Below are positions 26,797-36,006 of a stretch of 64,000 bases of DNA, in pieces; within the stretch, counting starts at the first letter, position 1; the number at the start of each line of letters is the position of its first letter. Under the pieces are notes generated by a model that searched no databases, was not told the origin of the DNA, and saw only the letters and a program-made list of their open reading frames with translations. The position numbers and the translations under genes are program-made. Origin of the DNA: an uncultured virus (IMG/VR IMGVR_UViG_3300014205_000018) (taxonomy: Duplodnaviria; Heunggongvirae; Uroviricota; Caudoviricetes). Where the stretch lies: the IMG/VR virus record IMGVR_UViG_3300014205_000018; one strand, written 5' to 3'.

Positions 26797-28362
26797 CTAT
26801 TTTTTCGTTACCTCCATTTCTTCGTCGAACATCTGCGTCAGAAGTGCATGCTCTGACACCCGGCCGTCCATGGCCAGGAACATCTTCTTCTCGATCGGAC
26901 TACTCTGGATGTGCACCACAGTGACCTTGTCCGAGTTCTGGCCCTGGCGGTCAGCGCGGGCGATACATTGCGTGTACTGTTCAACACTCATCAGCGGCCC
27001 GAAGAACACCACGGTATCGGCAGCAGTCAGCGTGATCCCGTGCGCCGTTGCCTGCGGCTGCATCACCAGTACGCGCGGGTCTTGCGCATTCTGGAACCGG
27101 TTGATGATGTCGCCGCGCCGAGTGGCGGACACATCGCCGTGAATCGTCTCCGTTGCGTGCCCGTTCTTGATCAGGAACTGCAGGATGATGTCGATGCTCG
27201 AGCGGTACAGCGCGAAGATGATGACCTTGCGCGTCGTCTCCTCCAGAATCTCCAGCAACACGTTCATGCGTGGCGTGGCATCGAACTCGACGATCTCCTT
27301 GTCCTCCGTGTACACGGCGCCGCTGCTGATCTGCAGTAGCTTGTTCACCACAGCCGCCTTGTTCACTGCGCTGATCGTCTCACCCGCCACCGTGGCCAGC
27401 ATCTGGTCCTTGATCAGCTTGTAGTACTTCAGCTGCTGCGGTGTCATCGGCACCTCGCGCGTCGTCTTGAGTACTGGCGGCAGGTCCAGGCACTGCGCCT
27501 TGGTGAAGCGTATCGCCGGCTGCAGCACGCTGAACACCGTGTCCTTGGCAGTGGGCTTTGGCACCCACTTGAACGTGGAGATTTTCAGCATCACCTTGTC
27601 GCGCCACGCCGTGATGTACGCCGGCACCGCCGACGGGTTCACCAGCTTGGCCATGCCATACGCGTTGATAGGCGATTGCGCCGCCGGCGTACCTGTCATC
27701 ATCCACAGGAACGTGTCCGGGCGAATAATCTTGGCCAGCGACTTCCAGCGCTTCGTCGACGGTAGCCCGTAGCAGTTCGCTTCGTCCACAATGATCATGT
27801 CGAACTTGCCGTTGGCATTGATCTCATCGGCCACGAGGTTGAGCCCGTCGTAGTTGATGATGACAATCTCGTAGCTGCCCTGGATCATCTCGATGCGGCG
27901 TGAGGCTTTCTCGTGGTGCGCAACGATGGCGCTGCGGTGGATCACCGAGTTGTTGATGTCCCCCATCCAGCCCGACTGCATGATGGACAGTGGGCACACC
28001 ACAAGACAGCGCCGCACTTCGCCGATCTTCATCAGGTAGTCCATGGCCCACAACACGCTGATCGTCTTGGCAGTACCGGGGTCGTTGAAGATGAACCCGC
28101 GCCTGTGCAGCGTGGTGAATCCCGCGGTGACCTTCTGGTGCGCCATCGGCACGTAGCGCCCTGGCCAGTCGTACGCACGTTCGATGGGCGAGGGTACATC
28201 TTTGACACCCATGTTTTTGAGAACACGCATCTCGTCAAGGCCCCAGTACACCGTGACCTCATGCCCACCGGGCACAGGGTCGACACGATGCTTGGGGATG
28301 ATGCTATACTTCTGCGGGTTGCGCGTGCGAAAGCGCACGGCTTTGTTTTCTACGATTTCCAT
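26797..28362 (-). CDS. SNF2-family helicase
   Basis: DPGTAKT, IIVDEA, MTGTP, QLxYY..., HGITLTAAD, QCIARADRQGQ motifs. Confidence 0.9.
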   Translation of the reverse strand: MEIVENKAVRFRTRNPQKYSIIPKHRVDPVPGGHEVTVYWGLDEMRVLKNMGVKDVPSPIERAYDWPGRYVPMAHQKVTAGFTTLHRRGFIFNDPGTAKTISVLWAMDYLMKIGEVRRCLVVCPLSIMQSGWMGDINNSVIHRSAIVAHHEKASRRIEMIQGSYEIVIINYDGLNLVADEINANGKFDMIIVDEANCYGLPSTKRWKSLAKIIRPDTFLWMMTGTPAAQSPINAYGMAKLVNPSAVPAYITAWRDKVMLKISTFKWVPKPTAKDTVFSVLQPAIRFTKAQCLDLPPVLKTTREVPMTPQQLKYYKLIKDQMLATVAGETISAVNKAAVVNKLLQISSGAVYTEDKEIVEFDATPRMNVLLEILEETTRKVIIFALYRSSIDIILQFLIKNGHATETIHGDVSATRRGDIINRFQNAQDPRVLVMQPQATAHGITLTAADTVVFFGPLMSVEQYTQCIARADRQGQNSDKVTVVHIQSSPIEKKMFLAMDGRVSEHALLTQMFDEEMEVTKK

Positions 28363-28802
28363 TGATGCTCCATGAAGCGGTACATACCGCTGATGTGTCG
28401 CTCTAACAGTTGGGCGTTGCGTAGGCGGTCTGTCACTGCCTCCCAGTTGAATTCTTCTTCCGTATCTGGCTGCAAGAAGGCATGTCTCGTGTTCGGCTTC
28501 ACGCTCACCCACCTGTCCGTACCAAACTTCGCAGCCCACAACGTGTGCGCGTCTTGCAGCGACATCTGGAACACAGGGTCGTTATTGGGGTCAACGAAGT
28601 TTGCTTCGGCGAATGTGTTGCTGATAAGCCCACCTTGTTGCATGACGCCGAGTTGATTCTGCTGCATGGCGCCGAGGGTCATGGCTTGCTGCGCGTTCTG
28701 CCCCGCAGTACTACTGCTGTCGGCGTACGTCTGATTGGCGTAGTCTGCCGACGTCGGAGCGTTGTAATCGCGCACCCCAAAAAGTGAATTCAAAATACTC
28801 AT
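28350..28802 (-). CDS. Hypothetical protein, LWxxK[FW]G paralog family
   Basis: TLWAAKFG...W...L motif. Confidence 0.65.
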   Translation of the reverse strand: MSILNSLFGVRDYNAPTSADYANQTYADSSSTAGQNAQQAMTLGAMQQNQLGVMQQGGLISNTFAEANFVDPNNDPVFQMSLQDAHTLWAAKFGTDRWVSVKPNTRHAFLQPDTEEEFNWEAVTDRLRNAQLLERHISGMYRFMEHQWKS

Positions 28803-29272
28803 GGTATTAACCTCACAAAATCTGTTTTGATCTCATGCTCCATACAGTGCGCAGCTTCAAGTCGGGCGCACAGCTCGGTCCATCGCATCCCCAGCGCACC
28901 CTCGACGTCGCTCTGGGCAACCCAGCCATCGCCGAATTTGGTCAGCCACAGGTCCTTGGCCACGACCAACGAGCACGCGTACTCAGGACTGTCGATAAGG
29001 GCGCGAGCAGCTTGCTCCTTCTTCAGTTTCTCGGCGCGTGCCATAGCCTGCATCTGCACAGCAGTTGCGGGCGGGCTTTGTTTTACGTATTCCCACTTGC
29101 GTTCTGGTTCGAGCGGGTCGCCCCAACGATGTTCGAACTCGCGCCTCCATTGGTCTACGAACTTTCCTTTTTCGTATGCAGATACACCCCAGCGGTCCAT
29201 CTCTTTCATCTTGTATTCCAACTCGCGCAAGAAACCTTCACGCGCCATATCCGTTGTTATTGCCATGCTCAC
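28799..29272 (-). CDS. Hypothetical protein, LWxxK[FW]G paralog family
   Basis: DLWLTKFGDGW motif; AGGAG RBS. Confidence 0.65.
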   Translation of the reverse strand: MSMAITTDMAREGFLRELEYKMKEMDRWGVSAYEKGKFVDQWRREFEHRWGDPLEPERKWEYVKQSPPATAVQMQAMARAEKLKKEQAARALIDSPEYACSLVVAKDLWLTKFGDGWVAQSDVEGALGMRWTELCARLEAAHCMEHEIKTDFVRLIP

Positions 29273-29493
29273 TCCTGTTTAAGTTTTGCTTTGTACTTCA
29301 TCTCCGTGGAGACGAAGTGGTGCTCCAGTAACCCGGCACGTGCAAGTGCGCGGGTCATGAGTCCAAGGGTGCCCTCCGTGTCAACCAGCATCTCCTGCGT
29401 CACGTCCACCCAGTCCGGCCCATTGCGCGCCAGCCACAGGTCCGCGTACACCTGAACAGGTGTAGGGTCCGGGGGCAGTACTTGCCGGGGCAT
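29269..29493 (-). CDS. Hypothetical protein, LWxxK[FW]G paralog family
   Basis: PVQVYADLWLARNG; start re-set to ATG 29493. Confidence 0.6.
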   Translation of the reverse strand: MPRQVLPPDPTPVQVYADLWLARNGPDWVDVTQEMLVDTEGTLGLMTRALARAGLLEHHFVSTEMKYKAKLKQE

Positions 29494-29542
29494 GTTGACG
29501 AGGTGTCTCCAGATTCGGAACGCGGCGCTGCGGGTTATCGAC

Positions 29543-29812
29543 TTACCGGGTGTTCGGTACCTTGTAGCCAGACCCCTTGCGCCAAGCTCGGTTCTTGGCT
29601 GCGTCTTGTGGCTTGATGTTGTCATCGGTCGCCTTTCCACCGTTGTCGTACGCCTTCTTGTGCGCGAGGTCCTTGCCGTCGCCGATCGCAACCTTGCCCT
29701 CGCGTATCGCCTCGCGCCTTGCACGGCGTAGTTCGACGCCGGCCTCCTTGCGCTTGGGGGTTGCGTTGTATTCCTTCATGTACGCCAATTTCTTGGCAGA
29801 TGTCTTTGGCAT
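29543..29812 (-). CDS. Small basic HNH-like protein
   Basis: GDGKDLAHKK...GG...N...KNRAW; GGAGG RBS. Confidence 0.6.
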   Translation of the reverse strand: MPKTSAKKLAYMKEYNATPKRKEAGVELRRARREAIREGKVAIGDGKDLAHKKAYDNGGKATDDNIKPQDAAKNRAWRKGSGYKVPNTR

Positions 29813-29820
29813 GTAGCCTC

Positions 29821-31416
29821 CTAATGGTTACCGTTGAACTCACACGATGTGACTGCGCAGTACTTCTTGCACAGTCCCGACTTCTTGGGGTTCCACACCC
29901 CGCTGGTGTGCGCTGCCTCCAGGCGGGCGACCCGCTCCTTGTAGCGCCACCACAACCCCTGCTCCTGATCGCGCACCACCTTGTGCTTGAACACCGTATC
30001 GCGCAACACAAACAGCAACCCCGACGATACCGTGCGGATGTGCGGGAAGAACTTGAAGATCAGCAGCGACATCAGCGTGAGCTGGTCAACGTCAGGGTAC
30101 TTGTCGCCTCCAGAATTATGGGTCACCAGATACCGTCGGGTGCACAGGTATGTATTGTCTGAGGAGTCGACCCCGATACACTGCGTCGGTACCGTCGGTA
30201 CACGCACAACACTCCGAATACGGCGTTTCTTCGATCGACCTGTGGCTAGCCCACGGAACACGTCGGCCTTGCGCGGTAGCAAGAACGGTATTGCCACTAC
30301 GGGTCGCCAAGCCACAGGGAACGCGGGGGTTTCTTTCCCAAAACCAACCGCTGTTGTCTCGGTAATATAGGGCCGTTCCCCCAAAGACGCGACCAACTCC
30401 GCTACCTGCTCCGCAAAGGCTACGTCTGTTGTGTTCAATACTGCTTGCTGCCGGAGCGGGTTTGCGTGGCCATCTCCGTCCATGATGCCGCGTAACAGGT
30501 CTAGCCGCTGTGCGGTGCTGGCATGCATGTACGCGACGGGTATGTGTTTATTCCCGTGTACGCCTAGCGCCTGCAGCTTTGCGGACAATCCAAGCACGGT
30601 CTGTACACGGCAGCGACCATCACTATTTTGTTTCCCCAGAACATATCCCCGCCGCTGAATCTCCTCCCAGATACCCGCATCAGGTTTGGTTATCTCCCCC
30701 GACGTGTGCTTCCCGTCTGCCAACCAGACGCCCAAGACGTAGGGGTCAACAGGCAATGGCGCGTTCGGTTGTTGTGCGGACGCACATAACGGCACATGAT
30801 CTCCAACAACCAACGTGCGTGCCTCCACCACACGCCCGTCCGCTAACACCCACCTGTGATCTTCGTCGCACGTTATTTCTGCCCCATCATCAAACAAAAG
30901 TTCAAGACAGGGTTTGTTGTGCACCTGTGATTTGAATGTTACGTTGCAGACGGCACCATCACTTCCAAAAACAACATCACCAACCTCTATATCCTGCATG
31001 CGCTTGTACCCCCCTGGCACAGGTATCTCCGTGTCTAGTGGCAGCCCCTTGTAGTCGAAGCAGCGCGCGGACAGGTTGTCGTCGTCGATGATGATCAGGT
31101 CGGCGATCCCACGCACCCAGTAGTCTGGGGAGTAGAAGTCACAGACCCGCAGGTTCACATCCAGCGCCATCTCATACTCGGTGAACTTGCGCCCAGACAT
31201 GGCATTGATCGCGTCCATGGTCGGCTGCATGAACTTGAAGTCCGCATCCAGTGGGCGCTTGTCCTTGATGTGCAGCTCAGCCTGCTCGTGCAGACGTGTA
31301 CCGTAGAGCGTCTGCTCCGTTTCCTGGCGCGGGTATTTCTTCAGTACCTTGATCTCGTGGTACTGCCGCGGGCAGGTCTCAAACTGCTTGATACCCGAGT
31401 AAGACCATTTCGTCAT
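29821..31416 (-). CDS. PD-(D/E)XK (Cas4/RecB-like) exonuclease precursor containing an intein
   Basis: SYS...CP, GTRLH, GIADL, DYK, C-terminal C..YC....C; interrupted by an intein. Confidence 0.88.
   Translation of the reverse strand: MTKWSYSGIKQFETCPRQYHEIKVLKKYPRQETEQTLYGTRLHEQAELHIKDKRPLDADFKFMQPTMDAINAMSGRKFTEYEMALDVNLRVCDFYSPDYWVRGIADLIIIDDDNLSARCFDYKGLPLDTEIPVPGGYKRMQDIEVGDVVFGSDGAVCNVTFKSQVHNKPCLELLFDDGAEITCDEDHRWVLADGRVVEARTLVVGDHVPLCASAQQPNAPLPVDPYVLGVWLADGKHTSGEITKPDAGIWEEIQRRGYVLGKQNSDGRCRVQTVLGLSAKLQALGVHGNKHIPVAYMHASTAQRLDLLRGIMDGDGHANPLRQQAVLNTTDVAFAEQVAELVASLGERPYITETTAVGFGKETPAFPVAWRPVVAIPFLLPRKADVFRGLATGRSKKRRIRSVVRVPTVPTQCIGVDSSDNTYLCTRRYLVTHNSGGDKYPDVDQLTLMSLLIFKFFPHIRTVSSGLLFVLRDTVFKHKVVRDQEQGLWWRYKERVARLEAAHTSGVWNPKKSGLCKKYCAVTSCEFNGNH
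30115..31047 (-). mobile_element. Class 3 intein (311 aa) with LAGLIDADG homing endonuclease
   Basis: Starts GLPLDT, ends THN before Ser+1; HRW, TQCIGV, VTHN; YVLGVWLADG and LLRGIMDGDG motifs. Confidence 0.85.
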
Positions 31417-31724
31417 GCTATGTTCCCTATCTTGGGAAGGGCGGCACTGTGCACCACCTTGTTCAGCCGTACGCTGAACTCTGTCACGAACTTCTCGCTG
31501 TAGGCCAAGTGCGAGCCCATGTCGCGCAAGATGGCATGCGTGGTCTCATGCCAGAACGTCTCCGCCCGCTGGCGTGCAGTGCGCTCACCGTTGATGTCAA
31601 AGTACGCGATACGGATTTCGCCATACGTGTAGTTCACATCCCCCCGCGCACCACCTTGGATGTGCGCGGGCTGCGCCACCTTGAACAGCGTTCGCCCCAC
31701 CGTTATTGCCTTCGGAATTATCAT
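31413..31724 (-). CDS. Small HExxH metallopeptidase-like protein
   Basis: TFWHETTHAIL...EKFV. Confidence 0.65.
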   Translation of the reverse strand: MIIPKAITVGRTLFKVAQPAHIQGGARGDVNYTYGEIRIAYFDINGERTARQRAETFWHETTHAILRDMGSHLAYSEKFVTEFSVRLNKVVHSAALPKIGNIA

Positions 31725-31735
31725 TGTCAAGCTCC

Positions 31736-33820
31736 TTACTTCTTCGCGTCCCCGTAACGTCGGGCCGCACCCACGTCCGCATTGAGCGGAATCCCTGGCA
31801 GGTATTTGGGCGTAACGATCATCTGATCGCGCACCCAGATCGTGCCTTCTTCTTTCTCCGCCTCGGGCAGCAGCGCCAACAACTCGTCGTGCACCGTACC
31901 CTTGACGCGATAGCGCCGACCGACGCGTAGCATTCCGTCGGTCATCACAATCCTGGCTGTTCCCTGCACGACGTTGTTGCACACCTTGCCGGCATACAAC
32001 TTGACCCGCTTCTTGCCACCATCGTAGCTGTACTGCGGGCCTTTTTCCGTCTGTTCAATTTGGATGTCAGGATACAGCAGAGACATGCCATTCGCAAGCA
32101 CAATCTCACCTTTTTTGAACGTCAGACACTTGTGCTGGTACTCATGTCCTGCGTACAAGCTGTGGGCAATCAGATGCTGCAGCAGCTCCCAGAACTGCAC
32201 CACCTGCGCGGCCGCCGTGCGGTACTTGTCGATGATCGCCTTGGCCGCCAGACAGTGGATCAGCAGCTCCTGTTCAGTACACGTGTGTGCGATCTCGTTC
32301 ATGCGCTTCACGTTGTCGTCCCAGTCCAAGAACCTGCGCACATCTTCCTGAGTCACGCCCAGCATGCGCGCGTCAGCCTTGGTGTACCGCTGCGGCGGCG
32401 CCCCCAGGAACCCGACCAGTAGCTGACCAGCGAATGACGACCACCCGAGCTGGTACCCAGCGCCCAGCATCCCGGACTTGGCCGACTGGCGCAGCAGCGG
32501 GTGCGACTCCTTGGTCAGCCCCGGCACTCCGAACATCTGCGCACCGAACGTGGCGTACGGGTCACCGCCTGCCCTGAAGATGTCCAGCAGCGCGTCATAG
32601 TCCGACAACCACGCCAGCACGCGCGGCTCGATCTGGGACAGGTCGCCGGCGCAGACCAGATACCCATCCGGCGCCATGATGGAGCGGCGCAGGTACGACC
32701 CCCGCTTGAGGTTCTGCAGGTTGATCTTGCCGGTGGCCGAGTACCGCCCCGTGCCGGCGCCGTAGTACAGCAAGGGCACTGGCAGGCAGCCCCGATCGGC
32801 GATCGCGATGAAGCGCTGGGCCCGCGTGCGCTCGTTGGTCGACTTGACCTTGAGCCGCGCCTCACATAGCAGCGCCACATCTTCGTTGTCCCCGTTGAGC
32901 ATGGCCTGGAACATGGCGTCGGTCTTGGCCAGCGCCGGGATCGGCTGCCCGGATGTCTTGCTGATCTTCTCCGGCATGTCCACCCCCAGCCTGTGGAGCA
33001 TCTCGCCGAACTGACCATTGCTGCCCAGCTGCGCCGTGACCTGTGCGATGGCATCACCCTGCTCCAGATCGGTCATGAACTCGAACTCGGCACCGATGGC
33101 CATGGCCAGGACGCGGCGCAGCTTGTCGGCATCCTCCTCGGCTGCGCGCACCAGCATGTTCTTGTCCAGTACAAGTTCCGGGCTGGTGAACATCTTGAGT
33201 GTCATGTCGATGATGCGCAACTCCGACTTCGGGTATGGGGCTCGCAGCTCACCGTCGGGCAAGATGCCCATGAGCATCTTGCTGAAAATCTCCGCGCACA
33301 GCACGGTGTCGTGGGCGCAGTAGTCGGCCAGCCTGCGCTCGATGTCAGGCGTAAGCTCCTCCAAGCCATCGGTCTCGCTGACCGTGGTGCCCTTCTCGGG
33401 CAGCCCGTACGCCTTGGCCAGCTTGGCCAGGGAGTTGCCCACCTCCACGCCACGCAGGGCCCGGCCCATGGACAGGCTGTCGAAGATGAAGCACGGGTGC
33501 ACGCCGTAGATGAATGACAGGATAGCCACGTCAAACATGGCGTTGTGCGCCAGCACGGCGGTCTTGGACCAGTCGTACATACCCAGTATCCTGGGTATCT
33601 CCTTGTGGGAGTACCACTGCGGCTTCATGCCCGAGCCGACCTCTTGGATACACAACCCGAACGCCTTGAACCGCGGGTCGCGGATGTACTCCTCGGTGGT
33701 CATCTTGGAGAGCGTGTACGGTTCGTCCGGCGACCACGCGCATGGTTTACTGGACCAACGAGTTTCGTAGTCCAGGGCGAGGATGGTTTTGTATGGTGCA
33801 GTCATGTCAGGCGTAGTCAT
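31736..33820 (-). CDS. polA: DNA polymerase, family A, with 3'-5' exonuclease
   Basis: LDYET, AHNAMFD, YCAHD exonuclease motifs; DLSQIEPR, RQSAKSGMLGAGY, TVHDEL polymerase motifs A/B/C. Confidence 0.92.
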   Translation of the reverse strand: MTTPDMTAPYKTILALDYETRWSSKPCAWSPDEPYTLSKMTTEEYIRDPRFKAFGLCIQEVGSGMKPQWYSHKEIPRILGMYDWSKTAVLAHNAMFDVAILSFIYGVHPCFIFDSLSMGRALRGVEVGNSLAKLAKAYGLPEKGTTVSETDGLEELTPDIERRLADYCAHDTVLCAEIFSKMLMGILPDGELRAPYPKSELRIIDMTLKMFTSPELVLDKNMLVRAAEEDADKLRRVLAMAIGAEFEFMTDLEQGDAIAQVTAQLGSNGQFGEMLHRLGVDMPEKISKTSGQPIPALAKTDAMFQAMLNGDNEDVALLCEARLKVKSTNERTRAQRFIAIADRGCLPVPLLYYGAGTGRYSATGKINLQNLKRGSYLRRSIMAPDGYLVCAGDLSQIEPRVLAWLSDYDALLDIFRAGGDPYATFGAQMFGVPGLTKESHPLLRQSAKSGMLGAGYQLGWSSFAGQLLVGFLGAPPQRYTKADARMLGVTQEDVRRFLDWDDNVKRMNEIAHTCTEQELLIHCLAAKAIIDKYRTAAAQVVQFWELLQHLIAHSLYAGHEYQHKCLTFKKGEIVLANGMSLLYPDIQIEQTEKGPQYSYDGGKKRVKLYAGKVCNNVVQGTARIVMTDGMLRVGRRYRVKGTVHDELLALLPEAEKEEGTIWVRDQMIVTPKYLPGIPLNADVGAARRYGDAKK

Positions 33821-34049
33821 CGTCAAAAGTGCAGGGTGCATCCCACTGTTTGCCGCAGTGTGGGCACTCAAGAATGTCGCGGTCGTCAGTCACTCCGCAG
33901 CAGTCTACGCAGCGCGGTTCGGGACAGCGATGGTGATATGGCTGGCAGGCGCCGGGGCGCTCGACGTCGTGCAGTGAATAGCCGCCTTTGATCCGACCAC
34001 CTTCGTAGCGCTTGTCCGTGTCAGGGGGTTGTGGTTTTTGGTTGCTCAT
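33807..34049 (-). CDS. Cys-rich Zn-binding hypothetical protein
   Basis: CVDCC, CPHCG; coupled to neighbours. Confidence 0.55.
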   Translation of the reverse strand: MSNQKPQPPDTDKRYEGGRIKGGYSLHDVERPGACQPYHHRCPEPRCVDCCGVTDDRDILECPHCGKQWDAPCTFDDDYA

Positions 34050-34303
34050 TGCAGCACCACCCCTTCCAGTGGTCGCTTGAACAGCTCCCCGTACGCCTTG
34101 GCGCCGCTGGCCAGCAACTGCTGCACGAAGTGCACATCGCCAACGGACAACATGGCTGCCACACCATCACCACGGGGGTCGGCCAGGACCAGCGCAGCTC
34201 CCTCGTTCTCGACCGTCGTGATCAGGTCCTCAATCATGGGCAGTAGCTGGTCCTGCCTATCGGCGTCCAGCGCGTCCCATCGCATTTGCAGTTCAGGTGT
34301 CAT
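34046..34303 (-). CDS. Hypothetical protein
   Basis: AAGGAG RBS before ATG 34303. Confidence 0.55.
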   Translation of the reverse strand: MTPELQMRWDALDADRQDQLLPMIEDLITTVENEGAALVLADPRGDGVAAMLSVGDVHFVQQLLASGAKAYGELFKRPLEGVVLQ

Positions 34304-34614
34304 CGTGGCTCCTTCAGGCGCAGTAAGTGCACCGTGTTTCTGAGGCTCATGTAGTCCTCCTCTGTGTCGTAAATGACTAGCGCGACCCCGCCGGCGTGGC
34401 GGATGCTCTCCAGCTCCCGATCCTGCAGCGCGGTCGTCTTGCCCTTGCCCTTGCCCGCCTTGCACTCCACGGCCAGGAAGAACCCGTTGACGCACCCAAC
34501 GATGTCGGGGATACCGGCGCGGCCGTAGCCGCCACCGAACGGGTTAAATTGGTAGACCTCCTCCGAATCGAGGATGGCGCGCACCTTCTTCTTAGTCTTT
34601 GCTTCTGGCGTCAT
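34300..34614 (-). CDS. VRR-NUC family nuclease
   Basis: GIPDIVGC...FLAVECK...TALQ. Confidence 0.85.
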   Translation of the reverse strand: MTPEAKTKKKVRAILDSEEVYQFNPFGGGYGRAGIPDIVGCVNGFFLAVECKAGKGKGKTTALQDRELESIRHAGGVALVIYDTEEDYMSLRNTVHLLRLKEPR

Positions 34615-34771
34615 GGGCTTGTCCCTTGAATATGCGCCGTATCTCGTTGAGCAGGTCGCGCTTGTCGACCTGCAACTCCTTGATCAGGTCTTGCTGGGCC
34701 GTGATCAGCTGCCTTTGTTCCCGCGCCAGCTTGGCCAGGACAGTGATGTCCCAGGTGTCAAAGTCAGCCAT
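34592..34771 (-). CDS. Small coiled-coil hypothetical protein
   Basis: 59-aa ORF MADFDTWD... fills the gap between leftward genes. Confidence 0.55.
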   Translation of the reverse strand: MADFDTWDITVLAKLAREQRQLITAQQDLIKELQVDKRDLLNEIRRIFKGQAHDARSKD

Positions 34772-34976
34772 GGGGAAACGCCGACTCGGGCGTCCTGCGG
34801 ATGTTGCGGGTGATGTGCTTCGCGTTCGCCTCGGTCACCCCCCACTTGAACGTGTATACCGTGCGCATGAACCGCACGATGAACGGGTTGGCGCGCGCCT
34901 TCTCGTATGAGGGCTGTGCTGCGGCCTTGATAGCAGCAGCGACGCCGTCTCGGGTTTCAACTATGAATTCGTCCAT
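34764..34976 (-). CDS. Hypothetical protein
   Basis: AAGGAG RBS. Confidence 0.55.
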   Translation of the reverse strand: MDEFIVETRDGVAAAIKAAAQPSYEKARANPFIVRFMRTVYTFKWGVTEANAKHITRNIRRTPESAFPHG

Positions 34977-34986
34977 GTCAATCTCC

Positions 34987-35190
34987 TTAGTAGCAATCAG
35001 GCTCAGAGGCCACGGCGCACGGCATGTAATGCACGCCGACAAGTTTGCTGCCGCAGCCAGTGCACCCACCCTTCGCCGCGAGGCGTTCGTTTGCGCGGTC
35101 CATAGTGGCAAACAACTCGGGTGGTATGCCTGCGATCACGGCATCTTCGGCGGCGCGTACTTGCGCGGTGTGGATTTGGTTCAGGTTCAT
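34987..35190 (-). CDS. Small Zn-binding hypothetical protein
   Basis: CTGCG...H..C; AAGGAG RBS. Confidence 0.55.
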   Translation of the reverse strand: MNLNQIHTAQVRAAEDAVIAGIPPELFATMDRANERLAAKGGCTGCGSKLVGVHYMPCAVASEPDCY

Positions 35191-35462
35191 CAATCTCTCC
35201 TTCTTGGTAATGGGGCCCAGTGGGTCCAGAATGGGTTGCGGCCGTCCCACATACCGTATGTCAGTACGCCGCCATGGCCCAGCAGTTGTATCTTCACGCC
35301 GCGTGGCGTGTTCTCGTCGATCGGTTCCAGATACTGGGTCGTCGACACTGCTACTGTAGCCGCAGAATTGAGCCGGTGGCCGGGTTTTTCGTTCTCGCCA
35401 AGCAGTTCGGACAAGGCCGAGTCCAGCTCTGCCGGGGTTGTCTCAAAGTCATCTACTGCCAT
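35190..35462 (-). CDS. Hypothetical protein (DUF551-like C-terminus)
   Basis: TPRGVKIQLL...WTHWAPLP. Confidence 0.6.
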   Translation of the reverse strand: MAVDDFETTPAELDSALSELLGENEKPGHRLNSAATVAVSTTQYLEPIDENTPRGVKIQLLGHGGVLTYGMWDGRNPFWTHWAPLPRRRD

Positions 35463-35728
35463 TTTGTAGTCCCCGTTATGGTTATCACTGTGCGCTCCGC
35501 TAGTTTGTGTTTCTTGGCCACAGCTTTGAGTGACATACCCGATGCACGGTCGACGCGTACGCGGCGGTTGCGTTCGCGCTGCAGAGCACCGACTTTGACA
35601 CATGCCATTATCTTGGCACGTAGCCAGGGCGCCCCGCCCAGCAGCTTGAGCGCGGCCATCTGCGTGTCAGTCAGGCGGATCGCACGGACCTTGAGTTCCT
35701 GTGGCGGCTTAGGTCTCGGCATTGTCAT
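35453..35728 (-). CDS. DNA-binding protein (RHH-like N-terminus plus HTH C-terminus)
   Basis: MPRPKP..IRLTD..LGG..WLR; SLKAVAKKHKLAERTV. Confidence 0.6.
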   Translation of the reverse strand: MTMPRPKPPQELKVRAIRLTDTQMAALKLLGGAPWLRAKIMACVKVGALQRERNRRVRVDRASGMSLKAVAKKHKLAERTVITITGTTKWQ

Positions 35729-36006
35729 TCCCCCTTACGGATAGCGGCGTCGCCGAACAACTCCACGGCTAGGCAGTGGTACAGATTGTGCTGCCCTTTC
35801 GCTGCCGCGTGCTGTGCCATGATCGCAGTGCGAATGCGCTCCCTCTCCTTCGCCACCTCTGCTGCAACGATGGCGCGCCATTGGGCATCGCGGGCGTGTA
35901 GCTGGTCGGCGGTGTGGCCCCATACGGCATGCTGTCGGTTGAACTCGTCTTTGCCGGGCAACCACACGTCGCTGAAGTTCACAGGCTCAGGCAGCGGTAT
36001 CGTCAT
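35725..36006 (-). CDS. Hypothetical protein
   Basis: PLPEP...HTADQLHA; coupled ORF. Confidence 0.55.
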   Translation of the reverse strand: MTIPLPEPVNFSDVWLPGKDEFNRQHAVWGHTADQLHARDAQWRAIVAAEVAKERERIRTAIMAQHAAAKGQHNLYHCLAVELFGDAAIRKGE

